Of a DNA stretch of 45,344 bases, positions 1 through 9,177 are shown one piece after another. The notes below the pieces were generated by a model, which was not told where the DNA came from, searched no databases, and saw only the letters and a program-made list of their open reading frames with translations. The stretch spans positions 1 to 45,344 of the forward strand of contig CAYLXG010000002.1 of the NCBI GenBank assembly GCA_964387445.1. The letters run 5' to 3'. Position 1 is the stretch's first letter. Each line of letters opens with the position of its first letter. Source of the stretch: an uncultured bacterium. Its GTDB lineage: Bacteria; Fermentibacterota; Fermentibacteria; Fermentibacterales; JCC-6. The position numbers and the translations under genes were made by a program.

Positions 1-141
1 GGAACAGACATAGCTCTTTCCATGTCCCAGATGGCTGTGGCCGTAGACGGTGGGTCCGCATACGTACATTCCCACGAAGGGTGGATCCAGGGGCTGGAAC
101 TCTTCTTTTTTCCTTGTGACGGTGTTGTAAAGGGAGAACAC
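1..141 (-). CDS. cysS: cysteine--tRNA ligase, first 47 codons only (gene runs off the left edge)
   Basis: Not in the ORF track. Reverse-complement translation from GTG at 141 gives [47 protein letters not shown], the [13 protein letters not shown] (HIGH) N-terminus typical of CysRS. The GTG overlaps the trpS TAG stop (TAGTG). Confidence 0.8.
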   Translation of the reverse strand, partial: MFSLYNTVTRKKEEFQPLDPPFVGMYVCGPTVYGHSHLGHGKSYVCS

Positions 142-1133
142 TAGAGGGCCCCCTTCAGGTAGTCGATCTGCATGGATACCCTTACTTTCTCCATTGTCTC
201 CCCGCCGGCTTCCACGGCCCTGCGGGTTCCCTGTCTGAGTATCTCGTCGATCACCCCGGGTCTCTCGAATTCCTTCCTTCGGGCCCTGATGGGTTCCAGC
301 AGGGCTTCCAGCTTGTTCGCCAGGTTCTTCTTGCAGGCCACGCATCCCACTTCCCCGGCTCTGCAGGCCGCCTCTATGCCCGGGACCTCCTCTGCGTTGA
401 AGGCCTTGTGGTAGGCGAAGATCGTGCAGATCTCAGGGTGGCCGGGATCGGTCTTCCTGATCCTCGCCGGGTCGGTGACTGCGCTCATGACCTTCTTTCT
501 GATCTCGTCGGGGTCGTCCTTGAGGTAAATGGCGTTCCCCAGGGACTTGCTCATCTTGGCGTTCCCGTCGAGACCCACCAGCCTGGAAACCTCGCTCACC
601 ATTGCCTCCGGCTCCGGGAACACATCTCCGTAAAGCTCGTTGAACCTCCTGGCCACGAACCTTGTGACCTCCACATGGGGAAGCTGGTCCTCTCCCACGG
701 GCACAAGGTCCGCCCTGCAGAAAAGTATGTCCGCCGCCTGGCTGACAGGGTATCCCAGGAAACCGTAGGTCATGTCGGTGAAACCGTACTGCTTCGCCTC
801 TGTCTTGATGGTGGGGTTGTGCCTGAGCCTGCTCACCGTGGTGAAGAGCCCGAAGAGCACGGTGAGTTCAGCTATCTGAGGGACCATGCTCTGCACGAAA
901 ATGCTTACCTTGTCAGGATCGAGCCCTGCTGCAAGGTTGTCGATTGCCACTTCCCTCACATTGGCTCCCAGGAGCTCCGGCTGCTCCCAGTGTGTGGTCA
1001 GGGCCTGGACGTCGGCGACTATTATGAAAGTGTCGTAGCTGTCCTGCAGCTTGACCCGGTTCCTTAGAGAACCCACGTAATGCCCGAGGTGCAGCGGGCC
1101 GGTGGGCCGGTCTCCGGTGAGTATTCTTTTCAT
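141..1133 (-). CDS. trpS: tryptophan--tRNA ligase
   Basis: 330-aa ORF with the class I HIGH motif ([10 protein letters not shown]) near the N-terminus and KMSKS ([11 protein letters not shown]). Size and layout match bacterial TrpRS. Confidence 0.92.
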   Translation of the reverse strand: MKRILTGDRPTGPLHLGHYVGSLRNRVKLQDSYDTFIIVADVQALTTHWEQPELLGANVREVAIDNLAAGLDPDKVSIFVQSMVPQIAELTVLFGLFTTVSRLRHNPTIKTEAKQYGFTDMTYGFLGYPVSQAADILFCRADLVPVGEDQLPHVEVTRFVARRFNELYGDVFPEPEAMVSEVSRLVGLDGNAKMSKSLGNAIYLKDDPDEIRKKVMSAVTDPARIRKTDPGHPEICTIFAYHKAFNAEEVPGIEAACRAGEVGCVACKKNLANKLEALLEPIRARRKEFERPGVIDEILRQGTRRAVEAGGETMEKVRVSMQIDYLKGAL

Positions 1134-1145
1134 GGGTGGTTATCC

Positions 1146-2156
1146 TTACAGGTTGATCTTCACCGGCGAGTCCGACTCCCTGAAGTTCCTCAGATCTATC
1201 TCTCCGGTGTGTCTGTCGATGATTCCAAGAATGTTCTCAACGATCTTGCCCACGGCGGGACAGACCGCCGGGTAATCCTCCATGTATCTCAGAGTGGGGG
1301 GCATGTACTTCAGGTACCTGTCGTTGCCGCAGGCGCGGTACTGATATGCAAAGGTTCCCAGGGCCTTCAGGTTCCTCTGAAGGGCGGAAAAAACGAACTC
1401 GAAAAGGTTGGCGCCGTTGATCCCCAGTATGAAGGCCTGGGCCATGTTGCGCCACTGGTCGCCGCAGTCGTGGTAGCTGTCCCTGAGAAGGCTTGCAAGG
1501 TCGTAGCAGGGGGGGCCCTGTCTTGCGTCCTGCCAGTCCACCATGAAGACGCGGTCCCCGCTTATCATCAGGTTCGCCGAGTGGAAGTCCCTGTGGGTGA
1601 AGACGCTTCCGGTTGAGCCCATGGCCTTCTCGCAGAGGATCCTCATGAGCCTCTGGGTCTCCATGAGTTCCTCCACCGGAACCCGGAGGAGCCTGAAGAA
1701 AAGGTGCTCCAGGGTGTGCTCCAGCTCGGCCATGAAGAAACTGGTGGTGAAATACCTTCTTCCGGCGATGGATCCGCTGGCCTTTGCCGGGGTTATCTCG
1801 CGGTGGAACCTCCGAAGCAGGGTAAGGGCCTGCTGGAGGTATGCGGTGTACTCCTTTTCGCCCTTAACGTCGCAGAGCCTGGTGTCGCCAAGGTCTTCCT
1901 GTATGACGTAGCCCCTGGACTCGTCGCTGAGCACCACCCCCGGAACGGGGAAATCCATCCCCCGGAGGAGGTTGTGTATGTCGAGCCAGGGCCAGAGGGG
2001 GGTTCGCGAGCTGTCCATGACAATGAAGGTGACCCCTCCGGAGGCTATACGGTAGAACTCCCTGTGGGACGCGTCGCCTGCTATGGGCGCAACGCTCTCA
2101 AGCTCTCCGAAGCTGCTCCTGACCCAGCGGGCCAGGTCCTCCATCCTGTCAGTCAA
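1146..2156 (-). CDS. APH-fold sugar kinase, AmgK-like (candidate MurNAc/GlcNAc anomeric kinase)
   Basis: The ORF extends to 2195. IAGDASHREFYRI resembles the DAS-R-YFR signature of AmgK-type kinases. HRDFHSAN is the HxDxxxxN catalytic loop and MVDWQDA the metal-binding Asp. Start placed at TTG 2156 because AAGGAG lies 6 nt upstream. The gene overlaps the upstream nucleotidyltransferase. Confidence 0.6.
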   Translation of the reverse strand: MTDRMEDLARWVRSSFGELESVAPIAGDASHREFYRIASGGVTFIVMDSSRTPLWPWLDIHNLLRGMDFPVPGVVLSDESRGYVIQEDLGDTRLCDVKGEKEYTAYLQQALTLLRRFHREITPAKASGSIAGRRYFTTSFFMAELEHTLEHLFFRLLRVPVEELMETQRLMRILCEKAMGSTGSVFTHRDFHSANLMISGDRVFMVDWQDARQGPPCYDLASLLRDSYHDCGDQWRNMAQAFILGINGANLFEFVFSALQRNLKALGTFAYQYRACGNDRYLKYMPPTLRYMEDYPAVCPAVGKIVENILGIIDRHTGEIDLRNFRESDSPVKINL

Positions 2157-3039
2157 CGGGATCTCCTTCGTAATGCCAGGGAAGCACCCTTTCAACGACC
2201 CTCTGTCCGGGAAGGACCTTCGCGCCCTCCAGAAGCACAGAGTCCCTTATCACGGAACCATCATGAATAATACAATAAGGACCCACTCTGTAAAACCCCT
2301 TCAGTTCAGCCCCGGGGTGAACCTCCGCCAGGGGGTGCACGAAACGGCCCATTGCCAGGGTGTTTCGCCTGAAAAGCTCCGTTTCCCCCATATCCATCCA
2401 GGGCCCGGCGGTGCGGTACTCCCCCATCGGGCGGCCCCTCTCCTCCATCAGGCGGCCCAGCCTGGAGAAGAGTCCCCCCGACTCCTGTGTCTCAGCCGCG
2501 GCCGAGGCAACCTCCCCGGAAATGAAGCTGACCCCGGCGTAGTGAACGGGTTCTCCCTTGATCAGAAGGGGCCGGTAATCTCCCCCCGGGGGCATGGAAC
2601 ATGTGAGCGCAGTCCAGCTCCTTCCGCTTTCAAGGTGCTCGGCGAGCATTTCCTCCAGGGGCAGGTCCATCACGAAGTCGGTGTTGCAAAAGGCCCATGT
2701 GCCCTGGAAAAGACCGGCTCCAGCCGCAAGGGTGCCGGTAACGCCCAGCGGTCTCTCCTCGAAGATAAGCTCCGCCTTCCCGCTCCAGCAGGCGGCGGCC
2801 TCCTCCAATATCATTTCCGGACATCTGGATGCGTTGAATGCCATCATTCGCGGCTTCAGCAGGGCGAACTGCCTTACAAGCGCCCCCAGGACAGTGGTAT
2901 CCAGCCAGGGGAGCAGGCATTTCGGCCTGGGAATCGAAAGGGGTTCCGCCCTGGTGCCGTAACCGGCGGTCAGGAACAGAACCCCCTGGAGCGATGATTC
3001 CGGCGGTTCAGCCGTATATCTCTTTTCTGTTGCAGTCAC
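2149..3039 (-). CDS. sugar-1-phosphate nucleotidyltransferase, MurU-like
   Basis: 296-aa ORF with a GTG start. LFLTAGYGTRAEPLSIPRPKCLLPW is the GxGTR...PK NTP-transferase signature. Pairing with the AmgK-like kinase immediately downstream matches the amgK-murU arrangement. Confidence 0.6.
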   Translation of the reverse strand: MTATEKRYTAEPPESSLQGVLFLTAGYGTRAEPLSIPRPKCLLPWLDTTVLGALVRQFALLKPRMMAFNASRCPEMILEEAAACWSGKAELIFEERPLGVTGTLAAGAGLFQGTWAFCNTDFVMDLPLEEMLAEHLESGRSWTALTCSMPPGGDYRPLLIKGEPVHYAGVSFISGEVASAAAETQESGGLFSRLGRLMEERGRPMGEYRTAGPWMDMGETELFRRNTLAMGRFVHPLAEVHPGAELKGFYRVGPYCIIHDGSVIRDSVLLEGAKVLPGQRVVERVLPWHYEGDPVD

Positions 3040-3208
3040 AGACCTTGACCCGTCTTCTCTGGGGCCTCCAGGTGTTCTTCGACCCGGAAAGCGAGGCTAT
3101 GTAGACAATGGGTGTCTTTTCCTTGCCGCATACCGGGCACATCTCTTTATGCACCGCACGGGTTTCGTGGGCAAGCTTCGCTGCAAAGGTTCTTTCTTTC
3201 TTAGGCAT
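3008..3208 (-). CDS. small basic zinc-ribbon protein (66 aa), function unknown
   Basis: CPVC (24-27) and CDC (57-59) give a 4-Cys ribbon, and the protein is Lys/Arg-rich. Its ATG overlaps the GH57 stop (TAATG) and its 3' end overlaps the next gene by 32 nt, which suggests translational coupling. Confidence 0.5.
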   Translation of the reverse strand: MPKKERTFAAKLAHETRAVHKEMCPVCGKEKTPIVYIASLSGSKNTWRPQRRRVKVCDCNRKEIYG

Positions 3209-4335
3209 TATCTATCCCTTCCCGCCATGGCCGGAACCCTCCCGGCAAGCTCCATGACCCTGTCAAGCAGCTCTCCCCTGGGAATACCCGCCAGGGCGGC
3301 TTCCAATATCATCAGTATTCCCCTGCGGACCTGGGCATATGACTCCCGGCCCGAAGAGGCCCACCACAGAGGGCACGAGTATAACATTTTGTCCGCCAGG
3401 GCGGCAACCCCTTCCGGCCTTTCCTCGTCGGAGGCTTCCAGCACGAAATCGAGAAGCTCCCGATACCTTTGGTGGTTCCGATTCCTGGAATGGCTCCACA
3501 GCGGGTAAGGTTCGCCCGCCGCAATATCCTCCGGCGTGGAGGACCAGCTTCCCGCTGGTAGAACTGACTCCTCCAGAGGGAAGGTCCGCAGCATTTCATC
3601 CATTGTGGAAACCGTTATTCCGCCGGTGGATGCCAGGGTCCGGAGGAAAGGACCCAGGAAGCCCTCCACTCCGCCTTTCCAGTGGTGTCCGAAGGTCTCG
3701 CCGTCCATGGCTATCACAAGGTATGCGTCCCCGTTCCCTGTCCATTCCTCCATGGATCGCTTCAGTTCCAGGGCCGTTGCCGCACCGTCCTTCCCGTGGA
3801 AGGATATCCTGTTGGACCAGAAATTGCTTCTTAGGAAGACCGGAAGACCCCTCGACGAGAGTATCCTTTTCCAGGGAGCCTTTCCGCCGGTGGAGACCCA
3901 GGGAACATCATCGGTGATGGTCCATCTGCAGCCCTGCTCTCCGATGAGCTCAGCGGTTGCCGCATCCAGGGCCATCTCAGGGGGGAAGAGCCCGGAAGGG
4001 CGGTAGGCATCGCCTATGAGCCTTCTGTTGCCCTGTAGGTTAAGCCGGATCTGCCTGGCGGTCTCCTCCGCGGGTATCAGGGGCAGTATGGGATGGTACG
4101 CTCCGCTGCCGGTGAAAGAGCATCGGTGGAGCCTGGATATCGAATTCAGGGTGGCGGGAGCAAGCTCTGCCAGCTGTTCGGTCAGGGAGTAGTTGATGTT
4201 CAGGGTAACCCCGGTTCCGCACTCCTCAAGCAGGGAAAAAACCGGACGGTAGCACTCCCTGTCGATCCTGCGGACTATCTCCGGATCCTGGGTGGGAGGC
4301 TGGTAGAAGTGCAGCAGAAGTCCTATGTGCTTCAT
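3208..4335 (-). CDS. glycoside hydrolase family 57 protein
   Basis: 375 aa. N-terminal LLLHFYQPP and IAMDGETFGHHW (the region holding the GH57 nucleophile Glu) are typical GH57 conserved regions. Confidence 0.8.
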   Translation of the reverse strand: MKHIGLLLHFYQPPTQDPEIVRRIDRECYRPVFSLLEECGTGVTLNINYSLTEQLAELAPATLNSISRLHRCSFTGSGAYHPILPLIPAEETARQIRLNLQGNRRLIGDAYRPSGLFPPEMALDAATAELIGEQGCRWTITDDVPWVSTGGKAPWKRILSSRGLPVFLRSNFWSNRISFHGKDGAATALELKRSMEEWTGNGDAYLVIAMDGETFGHHWKGGVEGFLGPFLRTLASTGGITVSTMDEMLRTFPLEESVLPAGSWSSTPEDIAAGEPYPLWSHSRNRNHQRYRELLDFVLEASDEERPEGVAALADKMLYSCPLWWASSGRESYAQVRRGILMILEAALAGIPRGELLDRVMELAGRVPAMAGRDR

Positions 4336-5114
4336 CTTCCTGACCTTTCCAGGAGTATCTCTATCTTCTCTCCGGCGGTCAGGTCAAGCAGATCCCCTGC
4401 GGATCCTCCCCGGAAGGCGATCTCCCAGAATCCCTGGCTTCCCCTGAGTATCGCCGCCTGATCCGGCTGAGCCTCCTGGTAGCAGGCGACCCTCATAAGT
4501 GGTCGAGAACCCCCCGGCCACCTGAGGGTCAGGTCGCCGGCTGGTATCTCCATGCTGGACTCGATGGAAAGGATGGCATTCCCGAAACCGTCAACATGGA
4601 TCACCGCGGCGGAAAGGGAACCCTCAATGGACAGGGCTTCAGGAAAACGGAGGAGGACCGGGTCCTCCAGGGGCATCAGGGAATCGGTCCAGCCGGGATC
4701 CACAGACAGCCTGGCGGCGCATGGGGCGAACCAGTCCCTCCCGTGGAAGGTGGAAGATGAGGCAGGGTCGGGCGGGGGCAGCTGATAAAGGCAGACAGGG
4801 GACGGAAGGAATGAGATCAGCCCGTTGTCTGGACACACCAGATACCTTCCGCGCCACTGGGCGGCCAGCCCCCTTCTTTCGGTCCCAACTCCGGGATCTA
4901 CAACCGCCAGGGTAACCGAACCCGGCGGGAGGAAGGGAAGGCAGGCCCTGAGATGGAAGGCTCCGGAAGGAACGCTCCCCCTGGGCACCTGATGGGTAAG
5001 GTCCGACACCGGGGTATCGTATCCGGCGAAGGAAAGGATCGCTGATCTCATCTGAGCCGCGTAGGTGTCACTGGTTCCAAAATCGGAAAGTACGAACACC
5101 GGGAATCCGGCCAT
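4332..5114 (-). CDS. SAM hydroxide adenosyltransferase / SAM hydrolase family (DUF62)
   Basis: 260 aa. N-terminal VLSDFGTSDTYAAQMRSAIL matches the TDFG..D.YVG.MKGVI signature of the DUF62 / SalL / fluorinase-like family. Overlaps GH57 by 4 nt. Confidence 0.8.
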   Translation of the reverse strand: MAGFPVFVLSDFGTSDTYAAQMRSAILSFAGYDTPVSDLTHQVPRGSVPSGAFHLRACLPFLPPGSVTLAVVDPGVGTERRGLAAQWRGRYLVCPDNGLISFLPSPVCLYQLPPPDPASSSTFHGRDWFAPCAARLSVDPGWTDSLMPLEDPVLLRFPEALSIEGSLSAAVIHVDGFGNAILSIESSMEIPAGDLTLRWPGGSRPLMRVACYQEAQPDQAAILRGSQGFWEIAFRGGSAGDLLDLTAGEKIEILLERSGR

Positions 5115-5130
5115 GCTGCTTCTCCCGTCT

Positions 5131-8100
5131 CTATCTGTGCTTCACTACCATCAGGGTCCGGTCGTCTTCCTGGGGTGCTCCACCGGAGTGCTCCTCCACG
5201 GCGGCCAGTATCCTGGAAAGTATCTGCTCTGCATTGAGGTCCCGCTGTTCCAGTACGGTCCCCGCCAGCTTCTCCGGGCCGAACTCCTCATCCATGGAGT
5301 TCATGGTCTCGGTTATGCCGTCGGTGTAGAGCACCAGCACGTCTCCCGGATGCATATGCGCCACTCCGAAGGAGTATTCGGCTTCCGGGGTCACTCCCAT
5401 GAGAAGCCCTCCCTGCTCAAGGCCGCTCACATCCCCTGATCTGGTTATGAGAAGGGGCGGATTGTGGCCGGCGTTGCAGTAGGTAAGCACTCCGGTGGAA
5501 GTGCTCAGGACACCGTAGAAAAGCCCCACCAGACTTGAGATCTCATCCCCGACCGTGAGCTCGGAGTTTACCCTTCTCATTATCTGGGTTATGTCGAAAA
5601 GGCTCCTTACGCTGGCACCAAGGGTCCCCTTCATCCCGGCCATGGTAAGGGCCGCAGGGATCCCCTTGCCGGCAACATCCGCCACAGCCAGTCCCAGGTA
5701 CCCGTCGGGAAGCTGGAAGACGTCGTTGTAGTCGCCTCCCACTTCCCGGGCTGAGCTGTAGTGAACCGCAATGTCGATATTCTCGTACCTGGGCGCTTCC
5801 CTGGGAAGAAGACCCGCCTGGATCCTCCTCGCGGTATTCAGTTCCTCCGCGATGGAGTCCCCGCCGGAGAGCCGGCCCAGGTACAGGTCAGGAAGCTTTT
5901 CCCTGAGCTCCCTGGAAGCGGTGACCGACGGATGGCCGGTGACCAGGTTCACCGCGGCGTTCCTTACCTCCTCGGATCCGTCGCGGAGAAGGGAGGTGAG
6001 TTTCTCAGTGAGACCCGGCACCTCCGGTATCTCCTCGATTCCCCCCAGACAGGTAAGGGCCATGAGCCTCACGGAGGGTTCCCTGTCGGCGAGCATCTGG
6101 CTGAAGAACCTGGTCTTCTCCTCCGGGGTCGGTCCGGTGGAGCTGCCCAGACCCCTGAGGACACCGGCCCTGACGAAGGCGTCCGGATCGGAGGAAAGCT
6201 TCTTCAGCACCCCTTCATTCAATTCCCCGGAGGAGGAGAACTCCGCAAGGGCCTCCCCTGCGGCGGCTCGAACGGATCTTTCAGCATCCATCGAGAGCCT
6301 CTCCAGGAGGTATCGCTCGTTCTCACCTGTGAATCCCAGCCTCCTTATCCCGAAGGCCATGGCTTTCCTCACGGTGGGATCCCGATCCACCACCAGAGTG
6401 CCCAGGGCTTCCGCCGCCCGGGGTCCGAAGGACTCCCTGTTCCACAGGAGGAACCAGGGCAGCCTGGACCTTTCCTCCACAGTCCCGTTATCGATCAAAC
6501 CGAAGACAACGTTCAGGGTCAGACCGGCAAGGTCCTCCCTGCCGCCTGCGAGAAGCTGGGAAAGGGCTTCCCTGCCGCCGTAGCCTTCTGAAGTAAGGGT
6601 TATCCTAAGCAGACGATCCTGTTCAGGGGCGTCGAGCATGCGTATGTAGGGCAGCACCATTGCAGCCATCTCGCCGGTCCTGGGCATCATGTCCGCTATC
6701 ATTTTCCAGAGGGTTTCCTTCTCCGCCGGGGAAAGGTCCTCGTAGTTCATCAGCATGCACTGGGCAACTATCCTGGTATCCCCGGGGGCAACTCCAGTGA
6801 AGAGGGCCTCCCTTATCAGCGGGTCGAAGAACCTTATCCTGGCTCCAATGTTATAGGCGATGATGCCCCTGCCCCCGTTGGGCAATCGCTGCATGAGAAG
6901 CCACAGCAGGTCGCAGGATTCCTCGCCGAACTCACCGAGCTGCCTGTTCATCAGCCCCTGTATCAGGTTCTCCATCTCGTCTTCCCTGCCGGCGGTGAGG
7001 GTTTCGTTCACCACCTCCAACTCCCTTTCCGAGAGCCCGGGGAACCTTCTTCCCAGGAGGAAAAGGAGGCGTGAGCGCACCACCGGGGAGCCGTCGTCCA
7101 GGAACCTGTCCACGAATCCACCCGGATCACCGGCCATGCCCCACATGTCGATGCTCTGGAGCAGATAGCCCCGAACCAGCTCGTCGGGGTCGGAGGCGGC
7201 GGATTCCACCAGCTCCCTGAAGTACCTGTCCTTCCGGAGCCAGGGGTTTCCCAGTGCAACGGCGAGAGCCCTTCTGGACTCAACTGAGCCCGACTCGAGT
7301 ATATGCCTGCACAGACCCTCAGCCGCACGATCGAATGACTCCCTCCTGGAGACCAGCATCGAGAAGAAATCAGTGAGGTTCTCCTGCCTGGGCTCCCTGG
7401 ATGCGGTGAAAAGGAGCCTCGATTTCTCCGAGGAGGACAGATGGCTGTACATGTGCGCGATGCTGTAGCCGGCCTTGCGCTGCTGGGGGTTGCCGCTGTT
7501 GAGAAGGGTTTCCATCACCACCCTTATCAGGGGGCTGCCTCCTCCTGAGAGTTCGGCCAGCCCCTCGTCCACCGCCCTGAGGATCAGGGTGTCACCGCTG
7601 CAGAGGTGGAGCTTTCCATCGATATAGAGCCTTCTGAAGGGGGCTTCACCGGTGGCGGCACTGGTCTCGTCGTACATGGAATCCAGCGCCGCCTGGGAGG
7701 GGAACGTCTCCCTGAGAAGGAAATGGAGCCTTGACCACACCTCCTGCAGGGAGGCCCTGAATACAGTTTCGGAAACGATCGGCTCAAAAAGGGAAAGCAG
7801 TACCAGTTCGGCCTTGGAGAACAGGTCCATGTCCTTGAATGTGGAAAGTGCCCTCTGCCCCTGCTCTATCCTCCACTGCCTGTTGGTCTCAGGCGAGGGG
7901 AGGACCACATGGGCCCCTCCAAAAAGCGAGAAGAGCCCGGCTATCCTGGGATCCGATGAGATGAGCACCACCCTTCTCCTGGCATCGGTTGCCCTGAGGA
8001 TTATGGTGAGGGCCGAATGGAAGAGATGGAGGGGGTTGATGTCTATCTGTCTGCGGATAAGGTCTATGTCGAACAGCAGAGCGCAGTCCTCAGGGCCCCT

Positions 8101-8748
8101 GAGCTTCCTCTCGATGTTCCTGGGAACGATGTTGTCGTCGATGAGTTCCATGGGCACCAGACCCTCGTCCGCGGAGCCCATGAGCAGGAGCCTTGCGAGG
8201 GTGGTCTTCCCTGCTCCAAGTGGCCCGGACAGGCAGACGAACCCCCTGTCCCTGAGTATGGAAGACGCGTTCAGTAGGCTGTCCCTGTCCACGGAATCCC
8301 CTGCAACACCGTTCCATGACCTTATCAGCTCCTCGCCGGAGGGGTAGGAGGAAAGGCCCCTGTTGATTCCCTGAAGCCATTCCTGAACGCTGTTGTGAAC
8401 CAGGGAAGCCAGGCTGGACTTGCCGCTGTAGGTCCAGCAGCGGTTCCATTCCCTCAGTTTCGAAAAGACAGGGTCGGAATAGGAAGGCTCTCCGTATACA
8501 AGGGCGCCCACCGGCACGGATCTCCTGAAAAGCGAGAAGAACAGTGACCGCGCCTCCGCAGAAGGGCGCTCCCCCATTGCTATCAGAGCCGCGTCCGGAG
8601 GATAGTCGCCGGGAGAACTCGTCATCCGGAAACCCCCTGCCCACTCCGGCGGGCGCAGCTTTCCGGTCTCGGAGAGTATTACGGAATGATCCCCCGCCGG
8701 AAGGGCGGCGGAATCCGCCCATACCAGCAGATCGAAACTGTCAGGCAT
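5131..8748 (-). CDS. multidomain Ser/Thr phosphatase: P-loop NTPase + HEAT-like repeats + C-terminal PP2C/SpoIIE domain
   Basis: 1205 aa. Walker A is GPLGAGKTTLARLL, with a Walker-B-like CALLFDID. There are at least 7 repeats of type D-x4-VR-x2-A (DPDELVRGY, DGSPVVRSR, DRDPTVRKA, DAERSVRAA, DPDAFVRAG, DREPSVRLM, DGSEEVRNA). The C-terminal SpoIIE motifs are EVGGDYNDV, AVADVAGKG, LYTDGITE and EDDRTLMVV. GGAG sits 5 nt before the ATG. Confidence 0.8.
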   Translation of the reverse strand: MPDSFDLLVWADSAALPAGDHSVILSETGKLRPPEWAGGFRMTSSPGDYPPDAALIAMGERPSAEARSLFFSLFRRSVPVGALVYGEPSYSDPVFSKLREWNRCWTYSGKSSLASLVHNSVQEWLQGINRGLSSYPSGEELIRSWNGVAGDSVDRDSLLNASSILRDRGFVCLSGPLGAGKTTLARLLLMGSADEGLVPMELIDDNIVPRNIERKLRGPEDCALLFDIDLIRRQIDINPLHLFHSALTIILRATDARRRVVLISSDPRIAGLFSLFGGAHVVLPSPETNRQWRIEQGQRALSTFKDMDLFSKAELVLLSLFEPIVSETVFRASLQEVWSRLHFLLRETFPSQAALDSMYDETSAATGEAPFRRLYIDGKLHLCSGDTLILRAVDEGLAELSGGGSPLIRVVMETLLNSGNPQQRKAGYSIAHMYSHLSSSEKSRLLFTASREPRQENLTDFFSMLVSRRESFDRAAEGLCRHILESGSVESRRALAVALGNPWLRKDRYFRELVESAASDPDELVRGYLLQSIDMWGMAGDPGGFVDRFLDDGSPVVRSRLLFLLGRRFPGLSERELEVVNETLTAGREDEMENLIQGLMNRQLGEFGEESCDLLWLLMQRLPNGGRGIIAYNIGARIRFFDPLIREALFTGVAPGDTRIVAQCMLMNYEDLSPAEKETLWKMIADMMPRTGEMAAMVLPYIRMLDAPEQDRLLRITLTSEGYGGREALSQLLAGGREDLAGLTLNVVFGLIDNGTVEERSRLPWFLLWNRESFGPRAAEALGTLVVDRDPTVRKAMAFGIRRLGFTGENERYLLERLSMDAERSVRAAAGEALAEFSSSGELNEGVLKKLSSDPDAFVRAGVLRGLGSSTGPTPEEKTRFFSQMLADREPSVRLMALTCLGGIEEIPEVPGLTEKLTSLLRDGSEEVRNAAVNLVTGHPSVTASRELREKLPDLYLGRLSGGDSIAEELNTARRIQAGLLPREAPRYENIDIAVHYSSAREVGGDYNDVFQLPDGYLGLAVADVAGKGIPAALTMAGMKGTLGASVRSLFDITQIMRRVNSELTVGDEISSLVGLFYGVLSTSTGVLTYCNAGHNPPLLITRSGDVSGLEQGGLLMGVTPEAEYSFGVAHMHPGDVLVLYTDGITETMNSMDEEFGPEKLAGTVLEQRDLNAEQILSRILAAVEEHSGGAPQEDDRTLMVVKHR

Positions 8749-8758
8749 CCTAACTCCG

Positions 8759-9175
8759 TCAGTTGAGGGGCCAGATCAGCGTGGCTCGAGTGTTTCCCTG
8801 GGGGCTCAGACCGAAGTCGAGCCACCTTGCAAGGTTCCTTGCGATGAGGACCCCCCTGCCCCTGCAGCTTATCAGCTCTTCACCCTCGCCGGGCTTGTGG
8901 CCAAGCTCGGCGTCAGGCTGCCAGCTTCCGCAGTCGTCAACCTGGAACTGGAGGCGGCCGGGGAATGCGTCTATGGAGATGGTCACGGTTTTCCCGGGAT
9001 CCCCCCCGTTGCCGTGTTCCATGCCGTTCTTCACTATTTCCATCACCGCGATGGAGAGGCTGGTGACCTCTTCCTCATCGACGCCGGCGGTGAGACCTAT
9101 CTTCTCCACGAAGACCTGTATGGTCTCAAGGAGCCTCTCGTCGCTGGGTACCGTAAGGACTACTCCCTTGAGCAA
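8759..9175 (-). CDS. anti-sigma-factor-type Ser kinase (RsbW/SpoIIAB-like, HATPase_c_2)
   Basis: 138 aa with a TTG start. N-box EIVKNGMEHGN, then DDCG and GRGVLIARNL Gly boxes. Located between the STAS gene and the PP2C gene. Confidence 0.75.
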   Translation of the reverse strand: MLKGVVLTVPSDERLLETIQVFVEKIGLTAGVDEEEVTSLSIAVMEIVKNGMEHGNGGDPGKTVTISIDAFPGRLQFQVDDCGSWQPDAELGHKPGEGEELISCRGRGVLIARNLARWLDFGLSPQGNTRATLIWPLN

Positions 9176-9177
9176 GA

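Noticed and set aside
408-6591. Antisense ORFs over trpS, the kinase/transferase pair, GH57 and the giant phosphatase (for example 408-1067, 1080-1616, 2083-2997, 3339-3917, 5761-6591)
   Set aside because: Same reasoning as above: these are high-GC antisense open frames without motifs or start signals.
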